From positions 30,107 to 94,106 of the forward strand of contig CAXXNO010000008.1 of the NCBI GenBank assembly GCA_963663235.2: DNA of 64,000 bases, in the 5' to 3' direction. A program made the translations under genes and the position numbers. This document shows positions 27,135-37,033 of the stretch, piece by piece (the stretch's first letter is position 1; each line of letters starts with the position of its first letter). Below the pieces are notes generated by a model. The model was not told the origin of the DNA, made no database searches, and saw only the letters and a list, made by a program, of their open reading frames with translations. Source of the DNA: Dehalococcoidia bacterium. GTDB lineage: Bacteria; Chloroflexota; Dehalococcoidia; Bin125.

Positions 27135-28294
27135 CAGCTGAGCCCGCGCAGCGTCCCGGCGAACCCCCGCGCAAACGCAAGCGCCCGGATCCGCCCCAGC
27201 CCCCCGGGATCGCTCAGGACCTCCACTGCCCGCCGTCGCGCGAGATAGCCGTCCAATTCCGCCCCCCGCCCTCCGCTCGCGGCGGCCGGCATCTGCGTCG
27301 CGCCGATCTCCGCCAGCAGCGCTGCCTGCGATCGCGCTGGCAGCGCGCGCATCCCTGTCGCGACCGCCGTCGCCTGGACTGCGTCGATGTCCACGTGGCA
27401 GGTCAGGTCCTGCTCCCCCACGCGGACGTACGGGTCCTCGCCGGGCGCGTGGCGGTGATACGTCATCAGCGTCCCGCTTCGTCGCCACGGCGCGTACAAC
27501 TGTGCGCGCGGGTACCCGTAATCGAACAGCAGCAGCAGCCCGGCCTCCACCGCCCGCCCTAGCCGGTCCACGAGCTCCGGCACGGCCGGGCTGACCTCAA
27601 CTACTTGCCCCTCCGCGGGCGTGAGCCCCCCCAGCGGCTCCAGCAGCCCCGCCTCGCTCGGCTCCCCGGCGACGTCCTCGAAGCGACCCGCCCCGTCGAC
27701 GCCGACGTACAGCTCCTGCCACCGCGCGCCGTCGTACCGCAAACGATGCACCGGCTGCGCGTCCAGCAGTTCGTTCGCGAACAGGAGACCCCGCATCGGC
27801 GTCGTCCCCTCGGCGCTCCAGGAGGCTCGTTCGCCCAGCGCGCCCAGCTGTCGTCGCTGCCGCTCTTCCTGTAGCGGTGCCGGCTCGATCAGCTCGCAGC
27901 GCAGCGCTTCCCAGACATCGGGCCGTTGCGAGCGGATCCAGACGCACAGGCTCTCCATGCAGGCCCCGCTCCCGGGTCCCACCTCGCGCACGATCCAGGG
28001 TGTGGGACGCCCGAGCTGATCCCATAGCTCGGCGGCCAACGCTCCGATGACGTAGCCGAAGAGCGGGTGCACTTCGGGGCTGGTGAGGTAGTCGCCCTCC
28101 CGGCCCACCGTCGCCCCCCCGCGACGGTAGTAGCCCTGTGTCTCGTCATAGAGCGCCGCGTCCATGAAGGCGGCGAAGGTGATCGGCCCCTCTGCACGGA
28201 TGCGCTCCGCCATCGCGGCGGCGAGAGGTGTGGCGCCCGCGGGCGGGAGCGTGAATCGATCCGGCGTCGGCTGTTGCCCTGCCGCGGCGGCCAC
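27134..28294 (-). CDS. SAM-dependent methyltransferase, MidA/NDUFAF7 (DUF185) family
   Basis: GPITFAAFMDAALYDETQGYY...DYLTSPEVHPLFG...VREVGPGSG...ANELLDAQPVH. The start is either the GTG at 28292-28294 or the ATG at 28213. Confidence 0.75.
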   Translation of the reverse strand: MAAAAGQQPTPDRFTLPPAGATPLAAAMAERIRAEGPITFAAFMDAALYDETQGYYRRGGATVGREGDYLTSPEVHPLFGYVIGALAAELWDQLGRPTPWIVREVGPGSGACMESLCVWIRSQRPDVWEALRCELIEPAPLQEERQRRQLGALGERASWSAEGTTPMRGLLFANELLDAQPVHRLRYDGARWQELYVGVDGAGRFEDVAGEPSEAGLLEPLGGLTPAEGQVVEVSPAVPELVDRLGRAVEAGLLLLFDYGYPRAQLYAPWRRSGTLMTYHRHAPGEDPYVRVGEQDLTCHVDIDAVQATAVATGMRALPARSQAALLAEIGATQMPAAASGGRGAELDGYLARRRAVEVLSDPGGLGRIRALAFARGFAGTLRGLS

Positions 28295-28457
28295 CAGCCG
28301 ATTATACGGACCCCCATGGACGGATTTCCCCCGTGCGTGGCCCCCTGTGCACGCCCCCTGGATACGGCCCTCGTGCGGCGCCGCTGCTACCATGGCGCCG
28401 ATCCGGCTGGCTGCCGTCGCCGGCTCGATCCTCTGACGAAGCCATGGAGACCAAGCC

Positions 28458-28823
28458 ATGGAGCCGCGCTGCAAACTCTGGTTGGAACGCGACGGCGTAC
28501 TGGCGCTGAGCGACTACCGGCTCCGGCTCCTCCTCTTGATCGAGGAAACCGGATCGCTGGCCGCCGCCGCCGAGCGGATGAACCTGAGCTATCGGCGCGC
28601 CTGGGGGAAGATCCGCGAGATCGAAGATCACCTCGGCTTCCGCTTAGTGGAGAGCGAGAGCGGCGGCTCCAGCGGGGGACGCTCGCGGCTGACGCCGCAG
28701 GGCCGGGACATGGTCCGTCGCTACCAGCGCTTCGCGGACGCCGCGCACGACGCCGTCGCCGCTGCCTACGAGAACGCCTTTAATCCCGAGCCGGCTCCAG
28801 GCACTCCCGCCACGCCGCGATGA
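28458..28823 (+). CDS. ModE-N-terminal-like winged-helix regulator
   Basis: RLRLLLLIEETGSLAAAAERMNLSYRRAWGKIREIE is the LysR/ModE-type HTH. There are no Mop/TOBE domains. Confidence 0.65.
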   Translation: MEPRCKLWLERDGVLALSDYRLRLLLLIEETGSLAAAAERMNLSYRRAWGKIREIEDHLGFRLVESESGGSSGGRSRLTPQGRDMVRRYQRFADAAHDAVAAAYENAFNPEPAPGTPATPR

Positions 28824-29481
28824 GCGCGCCGCGGTCGCTGACCAGGCCTCCTGCCCCATCGTCGAGCAGGCGCAGCCCGCGGTCGAACCCGTTGACCCCG
28901 TAGACGACGCCGCGCAGCCCGCTCTCCCGCAGCCGCTGCAGCCGTTCACGGGTCGCCACGCTCCGATGCAGCGAGGCGCCTTGACCGGCTCGGCCCTCGG
29001 CGATCCGCCGCTCGTACGCTCCCCAGACGTCGTGCCGCCCCCGCCCCACGGAATAGAATCGGCCGATTCGGAGGGCGCGCTCGGCCAGCCGGTCCAGGTG
29101 CGCCCAGTGCGGCGTGCTGATCACCGTGCGCCCCACCAAGCCGCTCGATTCCAAGGCGCTGAGCGTCTGATCCAGGATCGCGGGATCGCGGTCCTTCAAG
29201 TCCAGGAAAAGCGCGGCGGACACACGCAGACTTTCTGCTCCCAGATCCGCCAGCCACAGCCGCCGCAGGCGCAGCCGCGGAAGGTAATGGCGCTGCGTCA
29301 GAAAGGGCAGGCCCAGGAGCAGCGCGTCATGGCGGCACTCGGCCCGTGCTCCCCGCCGCACATCGATCTCTAGATAATCGGCGGCCGTGCACCGCAGCGC
29401 GGTGGCCAGCCGGCGCCGAGGTTCCGCCGCCCGATGCAAGACCAGCCACGGATCGGGCCACGGCTCGTCGGCTCGGCTCAT
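28780..29481 (-). CDS. hypothetical protein, weak glycerophosphodiester-phosphodiesterase-like C-terminus
   Basis: Long open frame. GVVYGVNGFDRGLRLLDDGAGGLVSDR resembles the GDPD family C-terminal strand. The 3' end overlaps the convergent regulator gene by 44 nt. Confidence 0.4.
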   Translation of the reverse strand: MSRADEPWPDPWLVLHRAAEPRRRLATALRCTAADYLEIDVRRGARAECRHDALLLGLPFLTQRHYLPRLRLRRLWLADLGAESLRVSAALFLDLKDRDPAILDQTLSALESSGLVGRTVISTPHWAHLDRLAERALRIGRFYSVGRGRHDVWGAYERRIAEGRAGQGASLHRSVATRERLQRLRESGLRGVVYGVNGFDRGLRLLDDGAGGLVSDRGALIAAWRECLEPARD

Positions 29482-29571
29482 CCGCTCGCCCCCATCCCGG
29501 ATCGCGCCCGGACGCCGACAAGCCGCCCCGGACGAGGCGGCCTGTGCCTTCTCCAGTCGCTTGCCCTCGGG

Positions 29572-30102
29572 CTAGTGAGGGTGGGGGATCCCCAGGATGT
29601 TCAAGGTCACCCGCCGGTCGCGGGGCTGGTCCAGCTCCACCAGGAAAATGCTCTGCCATTCCCCCAGCTGCAGCCGACCGTCCACGAGTGGCACGGTCTC
29701 GCTGCTGCTCAGCATCAAGTGCTGGCAGTGACTGTGGCCGTTCGGCGTCTCGTCCGGGTGCATGTTGACGGTGCGGATCGCGAAGTTGTTGTGGTGGTAG
29801 CGGGCCTCTTGCGGCGCCAGCCGCTTGAGCATCTCGCACATGTCCTCCAGCAGAAGCGGTTCGTGCTCCTGGAGGCGGATGGCCGCGGTCGTGTGGTTGG
29901 AGAAGATGGTGACCTGCCCCCAGTGGACGCCCGAATCCTCCACCGCCCGGCTCACGTCGTCGGTGATGTCCAGGAAGCACGGCCCCTCGCGGGTGTGGTA
30001 CTCCAGGTCCTGCTGCCAGAAGGTGAAAGGCTGGCCGTTGGGAATTTGGCGCACGATTGGCCGGATCGCCGCCGCCGCGCTGGACGCCGGGGTTGCTGCC
30101 AT
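29572..30102 (-). CDS. YjbQ/UPF0047 family (secondary thiamine-phosphate synthase) protein
   Basis: FLDITDDV...GQVTIFSNHTTAAIRLQEHE...HCQHLMLSSSETVPLVDGRLQLGEWQSIFLVELD. Confidence 0.75.
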   Translation of the reverse strand: MAATPASSAAAAIRPIVRQIPNGQPFTFWQQDLEYHTREGPCFLDITDDVSRAVEDSGVHWGQVTIFSNHTTAAIRLQEHEPLLLEDMCEMLKRLAPQEARYHHNNFAIRTVNMHPDETPNGHSHCQHLMLSSSETVPLVDGRLQLGEWQSIFLVELDQPRDRRVTLNILGIPHPH

Positions 30103-30522
30103 GGCTGCCTCGACAAACGACTGACGCGATACCGCGTCGGATAATTTTGATCCCGAGAATAATTCCCCGAAATCTCGCGAAACATACCACATTGACGGCC
30201 ATGGCGCGCCACCGACATAACGGTTACCATCGATGCTGGCCCTCGGCGGCCCGGGTTGCCGACTCGTTGGCCTCGTAGGCTCAGTCGTGACGCCCCGGCC
30301 TATGTAGCGCTGATAATCGTGGTGTGCACGGCCCGCGTGTATCCTGGAAGTGGAGCAGGCCACCGCGCTCGATGTCTCTCGTCGGCGTGCGCTCGATTGC
30401 GGGGGCTCCCCCTATCGAGGGCCACCGCGGGCGGGTCGATGATCGACGCGACAGTGCGCTGCGGCGACCGGCGCGCCGATGTGAGGATCTCCTTGGCCAA
30501 CGAGGAAAGAACTCGGCGTCTC

Positions 30523-31950
30523 ATGGCCACCGACCGCAAGGCGCGCCTGCGGATTCCTCCACACCACGTCACCAAGCAGACCCCGTACGAGCGCGTGCAC
30601 AATTGGGACGAGGTCTTCAACGGCTATACGCCCGAGCCCGCCATGTTCGAGGCGCAGCGCTGCATCCAGTGCCCGGCCGCCCCCTGCGTCAAGGCCTGTC
30701 CCGTAGACAACGACATCCCCGGCGCCCTCTGGCTCCTTGAAAGCGGCAAGATCGCGGAGGCGGCGGCCACCTTCCGCCTGACCAGCAACCTCCCGGAGCT
30801 CTGCGGCCGGCTCTGCCCGCAGGAAAGCCTCTGTGAAGGGTCCTGCGTGGTCGCCAAGCACAACAAGCCCGTCGCCATCGGCAAGATTGAGGCGTTCGTG
30901 TCCGATTGGGACCGCGCCCGCCGGGGCGGTTTCCCCGTGCGCCGTCCGGAGCGGGAGAGCGGCGCCCGCGTGGCCATCGTGGGCAGCGGCCCGGCGGGGC
31001 TGGCCGTGGCCGAGGAGCTGCGCGCGTCCAGCCACGCCGTCACGGTGTTCGAAGCCTGGCCCGTGCCCGGGGGGCTGCTCCGCTACGGCATCCCCAGCTT
31101 CAAGACGGAATACTCCATCGTCGATGACAAGATCGACGCCCTAGTGCAGGCTGGCGTGGAGTTCCGCTGCAACACCCACGTCGGTCGGGACGTCACCTGG
31201 GACGACCTGGCCCGCTACGATGCCGTCTTCTTGGCCCAGGGCGCGGGACTGGGCAAGCGACTGCGCCTGCAAGGCGCCCGTCTGAAGCATGTCTACACCG
31301 CGACCGACTTTCTCGTCCGCGCGAACCTCCCGGACGATATGCTCCCGCCGCGCTTGAGCGGCCAGCCCCATGTGGGACGCAGCGCCGTCGTGGTGGGCGG
31401 GGGAGATACCTCGATGGATTGCGTGCGCTCGGCCATTCGCATGGGCGTGGAGCAGGTGACGCTGCTCTACCGCCGCACGGAGGCCGAGATGCTCGGGCGT
31501 GAGGAGGAACGCCGCCACGCCAAGGAAGAGGGCGTGAAGTTCGAGTACCTGGCCACGCCGGTCGCGTTCCTCGCCGAAGATGGGGCCGTTTCCGGCGTCG
31601 AGTGTGTCCGCATGAAACTGGGCGAGCCCGATGAGAGCGGCCGTCGCCGTCCCCAGCCCATTCCGGGATCGGAGTTCGTGCTCACGGCGGACACGGTCGT
31701 CGTCGCGGTGGGCTACGACGTCGCCCAGGACTTCCTCACGCCGGATGCAGGCGTTGACGTCGATGACTGGGGCCGCATAGTCACCGACGAACATGGGCAA
31801 ACCTCCCGGCCGGGCGTCTTCGCCGCGGGCGACAACGTCCGTGGTGCCGACTTGGTCGTCACGGCCCTGGCCGACGCCCGCCGGACGCTGCCAGCCATCG
31901 AGGCCCATCTCGCCGGCGCCCTCTCAAAACGGGCGGCCCTGGCCGGCTAG
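30523..31950 (+). CDS. glutamate synthase small-subunit-like NADPH-dependent FAD/FeS oxidoreductase
   Basis: EAQRCIQCPAAPCVKACP...LCGRLCPQESLCEGSC, VAIVGSGPAGLAVA, VVVGGGDTSMDC and VFAAGDNVRGADLV. No large subunit gene is nearby. Confidence 0.85.
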   Translation: MATDRKARLRIPPHHVTKQTPYERVHNWDEVFNGYTPEPAMFEAQRCIQCPAAPCVKACPVDNDIPGALWLLESGKIAEAAATFRLTSNLPELCGRLCPQESLCEGSCVVAKHNKPVAIGKIEAFVSDWDRARRGGFPVRRPERESGARVAIVGSGPAGLAVAEELRASSHAVTVFEAWPVPGGLLRYGIPSFKTEYSIVDDKIDALVQAGVEFRCNTHVGRDVTWDDLARYDAVFLAQGAGLGKRLRLQGARLKHVYTATDFLVRANLPDDMLPPRLSGQPHVGRSAVVVGGGDTSMDCVRSAIRMGVEQVTLLYRRTEAEMLGREEERRHAKEEGVKFEYLATPVAFLAEDGAVSGVECVRMKLGEPDESGRRRPQPIPGSEFVLTADTVVVAVGYDVAQDFLTPDAGVDVDDWGRIVTDEHGQTSRPGVFAAGDNVRGADLVVTALADARRTLPAIEAHLAGALSKRAALAG

Positions 31951-31986
31951 TCACAGTGGGTAGTCACAGTCGGCTGCTCAGGGCGG

Positions 31987-32760
31987 TCATTGCCCCACCG
32001 CCGGGATGAGGATCGCGGAGAGCTGCTCTACCAGCGCGAACAGCGCGCCCGAGAGCCCGACGTCATCCGACTCCAACACCACCACGCCGCCGCTGCGATC
32101 GCTGATGGTGATGGAGTAACGGAAGCAGTTCCCGCAGCCGCTGACGCTATTCGCCGGCTCCTCGCGAAAGAAATCGTTGTCGGTGAGCATCTGGTCGATC
32201 GCGGCCACGGCCGCGCGGCTCACGCTGATCGGCTGCGGCGAGCCGCCGTTCCGGCTGCCCGTGCCCTGTCCGCTCTCGTCGAACTGGATCGTCTGCACCA
32301 ATCCGAATACCGCCGTCGAGCGGGTGAACGTCACGGCCCACGGGACCGGATCCGGTTCAGGCTCGGGCTCGGCGGGAGGCGGCAGCGCCTCCGGGGGGCT
32401 CAGCGGCTGCGTCCAGACGCGCGCGCTGCGGGAGAAAACGAAATAGACCCCGGCAGGTTCGAGTCCATCCAGCGACGCCACGCTGGCCGGCAGCCCGTCT
32501 TGCCAGACTTGCCACGCCTGCGTCTGGGCCACAAAGCGCCAGACCGTGGTGATCTCGCTGCGGGCGTCGTTGAGCGCGTCCGGCAGCGTCAAGGCGATGC
32601 CCTGGTAGAGCACATTGTTCCAGCCTGCGTAAAGCTGGACCTGCGGCTCCGGAGGCTCCTGCGCCGCGACGGGATCGCTAACGCCGCCGGCGATGCTCAA
32701 CGCGATCGTCGCGGCCGCAAGACTGAGGAACGCTGCGAGAAGGTACCGGATGGGCGGCAT
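31987..32760 (-). CDS. secreted hypothetical protein
   Basis: MPPIRYLLAAFLSLAAATIALSIAGG is a signal peptide. There is a Pro/Glu-rich linker (PPAEPEPEPDPVP). I recognise no family. Confidence 0.55.
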   Translation of the reverse strand: MPPIRYLLAAFLSLAAATIALSIAGGVSDPVAAQEPPEPQVQLYAGWNNVLYQGIALTLPDALNDARSEITTVWRFVAQTQAWQVWQDGLPASVASLDGLEPAGVYFVFSRSARVWTQPLSPPEALPPPAEPEPEPDPVPWAVTFTRSTAVFGLVQTIQFDESGQGTGSRNGGSPQPISVSRAAVAAIDQMLTDNDFFREEPANSVSGCGNCFRYSITISDRSGGVVVLESDDVGLSGALFALVEQLSAILIPAVGQ

Positions 32761-32827
32761 GGGCCGAACCAATCGGCCCCGCTCCAAATCCTTCGCTGGC
32801 AGCGTAGCGGCTCCTGCCGCTCTCGCG

Positions 32828-33634
32828 CTACGCGCGGCTTGACTCGGCCGGCTCGTGGTGGTGCCCCACGGAGAGCGGCGCCGTCCTCGCCTGGTCGGGA
32901 AACTCGCAGCATTGAATCGCTTCGTGCACGGCCGCCGTCTCCGGCTGCAGCGTGACGTGGCGGAGCCCGAAGCGCTCTTGCAGCCGTTGCGCGGCCGGGA
33001 CAATCACCCGTTCCGCATCCGACGCTTCCGCGATCTCCACGTGGCACGAGACAGCGGGGAAGCCCGAGGTGACCGTCCAGATATGCAGGTCGTGCACTCC
33101 CAGCACGCCGGGAATGCCACAGAGATCGGCGGCGATCGCGTTCACGTCGATGCCCGGTGGGGCGGCCTCCAGCAGCACATTCAAGCTCGCCCGAATCAGG
33201 CGCGCGCCGCTCAGGATCAACAGCGCCGCGACCGCCAGGCTGGCGATCAGATCGATCGTCACCCATCCCGTCGCCAGGATCACGGCGCCGGCGACCAGCG
33301 CACCCACGGACCCCAGCGCATCGCCCACCAGGTGGTAGTACGCGCCGCGGATGTTCAAGTCGTCGCGCTGGCGCGCGGACAAGAGGCGCACGCCGGCCAG
33401 GTTTCCCAGCAGACCAATGGCCGCGATCGCCAGCAGGGCGCCTCCGTTCACCTCGGGGTCGTCCCCCAGCCGTCCCGCGGCCCGCGCGCTGATCGCCCCG
33501 GCGATCAACAGCAGCGCGACGCCGTTGATCAGCGCCGCCAAGACCTCCGCCCGGTACCAGCCAAAGGTGCGGCGGCTGTCCGCCCGCCGCCCGGCCAGCC
33601 AGATCGCGCCGAGCGCCAGCAGAAGCGCGCCCGC
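32828..33634 (-). pseudogene. cation diffusion facilitator (CzcD/ZitB-type) transporter, 5'-truncated at the IS6 boundary
   Basis: Homology starts abruptly at the IS end with AGALLLALGAIWLAGRRADSRRTFGWYRAEVLAALING...YHLVGDALGSVG...VHDLHIWTV. TM1, most of TM2 and any start codon are missing, and they are not found beyond the IS. Confidence 0.7.
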
Positions 33635-33636
33635 AT

Positions 33637-34590
33637 GGTTCTGTCAGATCTCAGGGCTCGTCGGCGTAGCGTCGCCTCGTTCATGACGCAACGAGGAGAC
33701 GCCGATGCACTGTCCGCACTGCCGCTCGACTGCGACGACCAAGCGCAGGCATCGCACGACGCTAGGCTACCAGCGATTCAACTGTCGCGCGTGTGGACGG
33801 CGCTTCAACGAGCGGACCGGCACGCCCTTCAACGATCTCCAGTACCCGACGGACCTCGTGCTGCTCGCCGTGCTGTGGCGCCTGCGGTACAAGCTCAGCT
33901 TCCGGGACGTCGCCGAACTGCTCCTCGAGCGAGGCTACACGGTGACGCATGAGACGATCCGCGATTGGGAGTTCCGCTTCGCGCCACTCCTGGCGGACCG
34001 GCTTCGCGCCAAGCGGCGCGGTCGCGCGGGCGTCTCCTGGTACATCGATGAGACCTACGTGAAGGTCGCCGGGCGATGGTGCTACCTCTATCGCGCGATC
34101 GACCGGGAGGGCGCGCTGCTCGATTCGATGCTGAGCGCGCACCGCGACAAGCATGCCGCGCGACGCTTCCTGCGGGGTCTCATACAGATCGCCGAACGGA
34201 AGCCCTTACGCATCACGACCGACGCGCATCCCGCGTATCGCAAGGCGATCCGGTGGATCGTCGGGCGGAAGGTGCGACATCGCTGCAATCAATACCTCAA
34301 CAACTGGATTGAGCAGGATCACCGCGCCATCAAGCAGCGCTACTATCCGATGCGGGGCTTCGGGCGGTTCGCTTCCGCTGCCCAGTTCTGCGCGGCCTTC
34401 GATGCGCTGCGCCAGTACTTTCGCGTTCCGCCCCGGCCCGGACTACCGATCCCGTTGGCGACGCGGCGCCCGCTGTTCGTCGCCCGCTGGCGGTCCCTGA
34501 TCCAGGAGATGCAGGTCGCCTAGGACACCATCAACGCTCGCCGGATCACCACGCATCGTTGGCCCCGCTGCCCTCAGATCTGACAGAACC
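33637..34590 (+). mobile_element. IS6-family insertion sequence (954 bp)
   Basis: The terminal inverted repeats are GGTTCTGTCAGATCTCAGGGC (33637-33657) and GCCCTCAGATCTGACAGAACC (34570-34590). The GGTTCTGT tip is typical of IS6/IS26/IS257. There is a single DDE transposase gene. A 7-bp hairpin (cctcgtt/aacgagg) overlaps the transposase Shine-Dalgarno. Confidence 0.9.
33705..34523 (+). CDS. IS6 family DDE transposase
   Basis: N-terminal zinc finger CPHCRS...CRACG, then WYIDETYVKVAGRWCYLYRAIDREG...ITTDAHPAY...NNWIEQDHRAIKQR (D, D, E with the IS6 signature). Confidence 0.92.
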   Translation: MHCPHCRSTATTKRRHRTTLGYQRFNCRACGRRFNERTGTPFNDLQYPTDLVLLAVLWRLRYKLSFRDVAELLLERGYTVTHETIRDWEFRFAPLLADRLRAKRRGRAGVSWYIDETYVKVAGRWCYLYRAIDREGALLDSMLSAHRDKHAARRFLRGLIQIAERKPLRITTDAHPAYRKAIRWIVGRKVRHRCNQYLNNWIEQDHRAIKQRYYPMRGFGRFASAAQFCAAFDALRQYFRVPPRPGLPIPLATRRPLFVARWRSLIQEMQVA

Positions 34591-34817
34591 CTGCCGGCAT
34601 GCCCACGCTTGGAAGGGATCATCGGTTCGCTTTCCGGCCCCTTATATCGGCGCCGGCTGGCGCCGCGCTCTCCCCAAAGACTTTACAGGAAGCCGAGCGA
34701 CCGTCATTCACGTGAGCTGTCCTCTTCTATGCAAGAGCACACGGGCGCCCACCCCTCGCTTGCCGTGCGTGACGGGCTTCGCGTGCCCACCTCGTCACGG
34801 GACGCGGCTCGCGGCCG

Positions 34818-36350
34818 CTATGCGTACACTCCGAGCGACTCGAAAGCGTGTCCGGCGCGCAGGATGACGGCGTCCTCCCAGAGCCGGCCCACCAACATCA
34901 TGCCGACGGGGAGCCCGTCCACCTTCGCGCAGGGAACCGTCAGCGCTGGGTGGCCGGTCATATTCATCGGACAGGTGTTGAGGTGATAGCTGAACGCGCC
35001 CGCGACGTATTCTTCGGGATTGGGGTCGTCAAGGATCGGGAGCGCCTTACCTTGCGGGGCGGCGGTCGGCATGACGAGGACATCGACTTCGCCGAGGGCG
35101 GCATCGTACGCGTCCCTGAGCAGCCGCGACTGGTTCTGCGCTCTCGCATAGTAGTGCCCGTGGTACTGCTCGGTCATGTAGTGCCCCTGCAGGATGATCA
35201 GCTTGTAGAGGTGCGAGAAGCTCTGCGCCATGGTCTTGCGCGACCGGGCGAAGAAGTCGTTCGCGCGGGTGTCGTAGTAGCCCTTCCAGCCGAAGCCGAC
35301 GCCGTTGCCATAGACCACCTGGTTGAACAGCCCGTCGATCAAGATCGCCGTGAACACGTGTGTGCCGTCACGGTGCAGGGGGATGGAGATCTCTTTGACC
35401 TTGGCGCCCAGCTTCTCGAAGCTGCGGGCCGCCTCGCGCACGGCCTCGTCGGTTTCCTGGGAGTCGTCATCCCAGCCGAACCCTTCACGCACCAGCCCGA
35501 TCGTCAGGTCCTTGACGTCACCGGTGAGTGTCTGAGTGTAGGGCTGCGTCTTGACCGGGTGACGCTGCCGCGGGTCGAGTGGGTCGTCGCCCGCGACGAC
35601 CTCCAGCAAGAGCGCCGTATCCTCGACGGTCCGGCAGATCGGGCCCACGTGATCCACCGTGAGTTCGAGCGGCGCGATGCCGGTGTACGGGATCAGGCCA
35701 TAGGTCGCCTTTAATCCCACGGCTCCGGAGAGAGATGCGGGAATCCGGATCGAGCCCCCCTGGTCTGCGCCCAACGTCAGGTCGCAATCACCGTTGACGA
35801 CCAGCGCGGCGCTGCCGCTGGATGATCCCCCAGCGGAGTAGGCGGGGTTATGGGGATTGCGCACCGGCCGCGGGACCGATGTAATCGAACCGCCGGAGAC
35901 ACAGAGATCCTCACAGGTTGCCTTGCCGACGATCTCGCCGCCCTCATCCAGAATGCGCGTGACGACGGTTGCGTCCACGTCGGGCATGAAGCCCTCGAGG
36001 ATCGCGGAACCGGCCATCATCGGCACACCGGCCACACAGATCGAATCCTTCACGGCCACCTTTTTCCCGGCGAGCTTGCCGCTGGGCGCCCCCTTGACGG
36101 AGCAGCGCCAATACCAGGCGTTGAGCGGGTTTTCCTCCGGGAGCGGTTGGACGCCCGGGGTGCGCGGGTATGTGACTGCGGGCTTGGGCTCGGGAAGCTC
36201 TCCGATCCGGCGGTACGACGGCATGAGACCCTCGATCATGTCGTAGAAGAAATCGACCTCCTCTTCGTCCAACTCAAAGTGGTACTGAAGAGCAATGTCC
36301 CGGAGTTCATCCCGCGTGGGCGGAATGATGCCGCCGATCTGCCTGCGCAT
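34818..36350 (-). CDS. amidase (amidase-signature family)
   Basis: KVAVKDSICVAGVPMMAGS...GGSSSGSAALV...GADQGGSIRIPAS matches the GGSS(G/S)GS signature with the Ser-cisSer-Lys triad context. Confidence 0.88.
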   Translation of the reverse strand: MRRQIGGIIPPTRDELRDIALQYHFELDEEEVDFFYDMIEGLMPSYRRIGELPEPKPAVTYPRTPGVQPLPEENPLNAWYWRCSVKGAPSGKLAGKKVAVKDSICVAGVPMMAGSAILEGFMPDVDATVVTRILDEGGEIVGKATCEDLCVSGGSITSVPRPVRNPHNPAYSAGGSSSGSAALVVNGDCDLTLGADQGGSIRIPASLSGAVGLKATYGLIPYTGIAPLELTVDHVGPICRTVEDTALLLEVVAGDDPLDPRQRHPVKTQPYTQTLTGDVKDLTIGLVREGFGWDDDSQETDEAVREAARSFEKLGAKVKEISIPLHRDGTHVFTAILIDGLFNQVVYGNGVGFGWKGYYDTRANDFFARSRKTMAQSFSHLYKLIILQGHYMTEQYHGHYYARAQNQSRLLRDAYDAALGEVDVLVMPTAAPQGKALPILDDPNPEEYVAGAFSYHLNTCPMNMTGHPALTVPCAKVDGLPVGMMLVGRLWEDAVILRAGHAFESLGVYA

Positions 36351-36463
36351 GTGACCCCCTTCTCAGTCGCTGAACTAGCTGCCGACAGTTGCTCGAAGCA
36401 AAAAGTCTAACACCTACCGGCGGACGGCCCAGGGGGCGAGCTGTTCGATCGGGTCGCCGCCGG

Positions 36464-36997
36464 CTACTGGTCCGTTGAGAAGCGACGGCGGATCTCCCGA
36501 TCGATGGTGTCGAAGATCTCCTGGACCCGTGCCTCCATCTGTCCGGCCATCCGCTCCCGCTCTCGACCTCGGCGGCGTCGCTGCCGGTGGCCGATCCGTC
36601 CGCCCAGCGTCAGGAAGAGGGCGAGGGCGAACACCGTCCAGGCCCACGATGAGGCGCCGCCTCCTTCGTCGAGAAAGTCGATGGCGTGCGAGGTGAGCAG
36701 CCCCAGGAGGATTGCGAGCGTTGTGACCACCGGTTCCAGCGACCGGAGCCCGGTGAAACGGATCCGGACATCGCCATCGCGCACCTCCACGGGCAGGTCG
36801 CGCAGGGCGCTGCGGTTCCGTGGCACCGGGATCGTCCCGCCCAGAAACACACCGCGAGCGACCAGCGCCAGCGCGAGCGCAAAGGCCAGCCAGGCCACGG
36901 CGTGCGTGTCGCCGTCGGCATCGGCAAAATCGATTGCGCCGCTGGCGAGGAGGCCCAGCAGAACCGCGGTTACCGCGGGGATCAGGCTGAGCGTCAT
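36464..36997 (-). CDS. membrane protein with internal duplication, unknown function
   Basis: There are two homologous halves: LLGLLASGAIDFADADGDTHAVAWLAFALALALVARG and LLGLLTSHAIDFLDEGGGASSWAWTVFALALFLTLGG. The tail is basic. Confidence 0.5.
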   Translation of the reverse strand: MTLSLIPAVTAVLLGLLASGAIDFADADGDTHAVAWLAFALALALVARGVFLGGTIPVPRNRSALRDLPVEVRDGDVRIRFTGLRSLEPVVTTLAILLGLLTSHAIDFLDEGGGASSWAWTVFALALFLTLGGRIGHRQRRRRGRERERMAGQMEARVQEIFDTIDREIRRRFSTDQ

Positions 36998-37033
36998 CGT
37001 GCGGCCTCCTCTTCGGCGGGCTTCCAGACCGAC

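Noticed and set aside
28780-28823. The 44-nt convergent overlap of the ModE-like and GDPD-like genes, considered as a sign of mis-annotation.
   Set aside because: Both frames stay open to their stops, and both C-termini are low-information. The overlap is tolerable, so both genes were kept, the second with low confidence.
30103-30522. A possible promoter TTGACG-N18-CATAAC and a small hairpin in the yjbQ / gltD-like divergent region.
   Set aside because: The -10 match is weak and there is no supporting conservation or TSS information. It is too speculative to list as a feature.
32450-32470. A GGTTCGAGTCC tRNA T-loop-like string.
   Set aside because: The flanking bases (GCAGG / CCATC) cannot form a T-stem. 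No acceptor or anticodon arms are present, and it lies inside a coherent CDS.
33629-34598. An 8-bp target-site duplication for the IS6 element.
   Set aside because: The immediate flanks GCCCGCAT and CTGCCGGC do not match. Only a 2-nt-shifted 7/8 match exists, so I report it as an absent or ambiguous TSD rather than a duplication.
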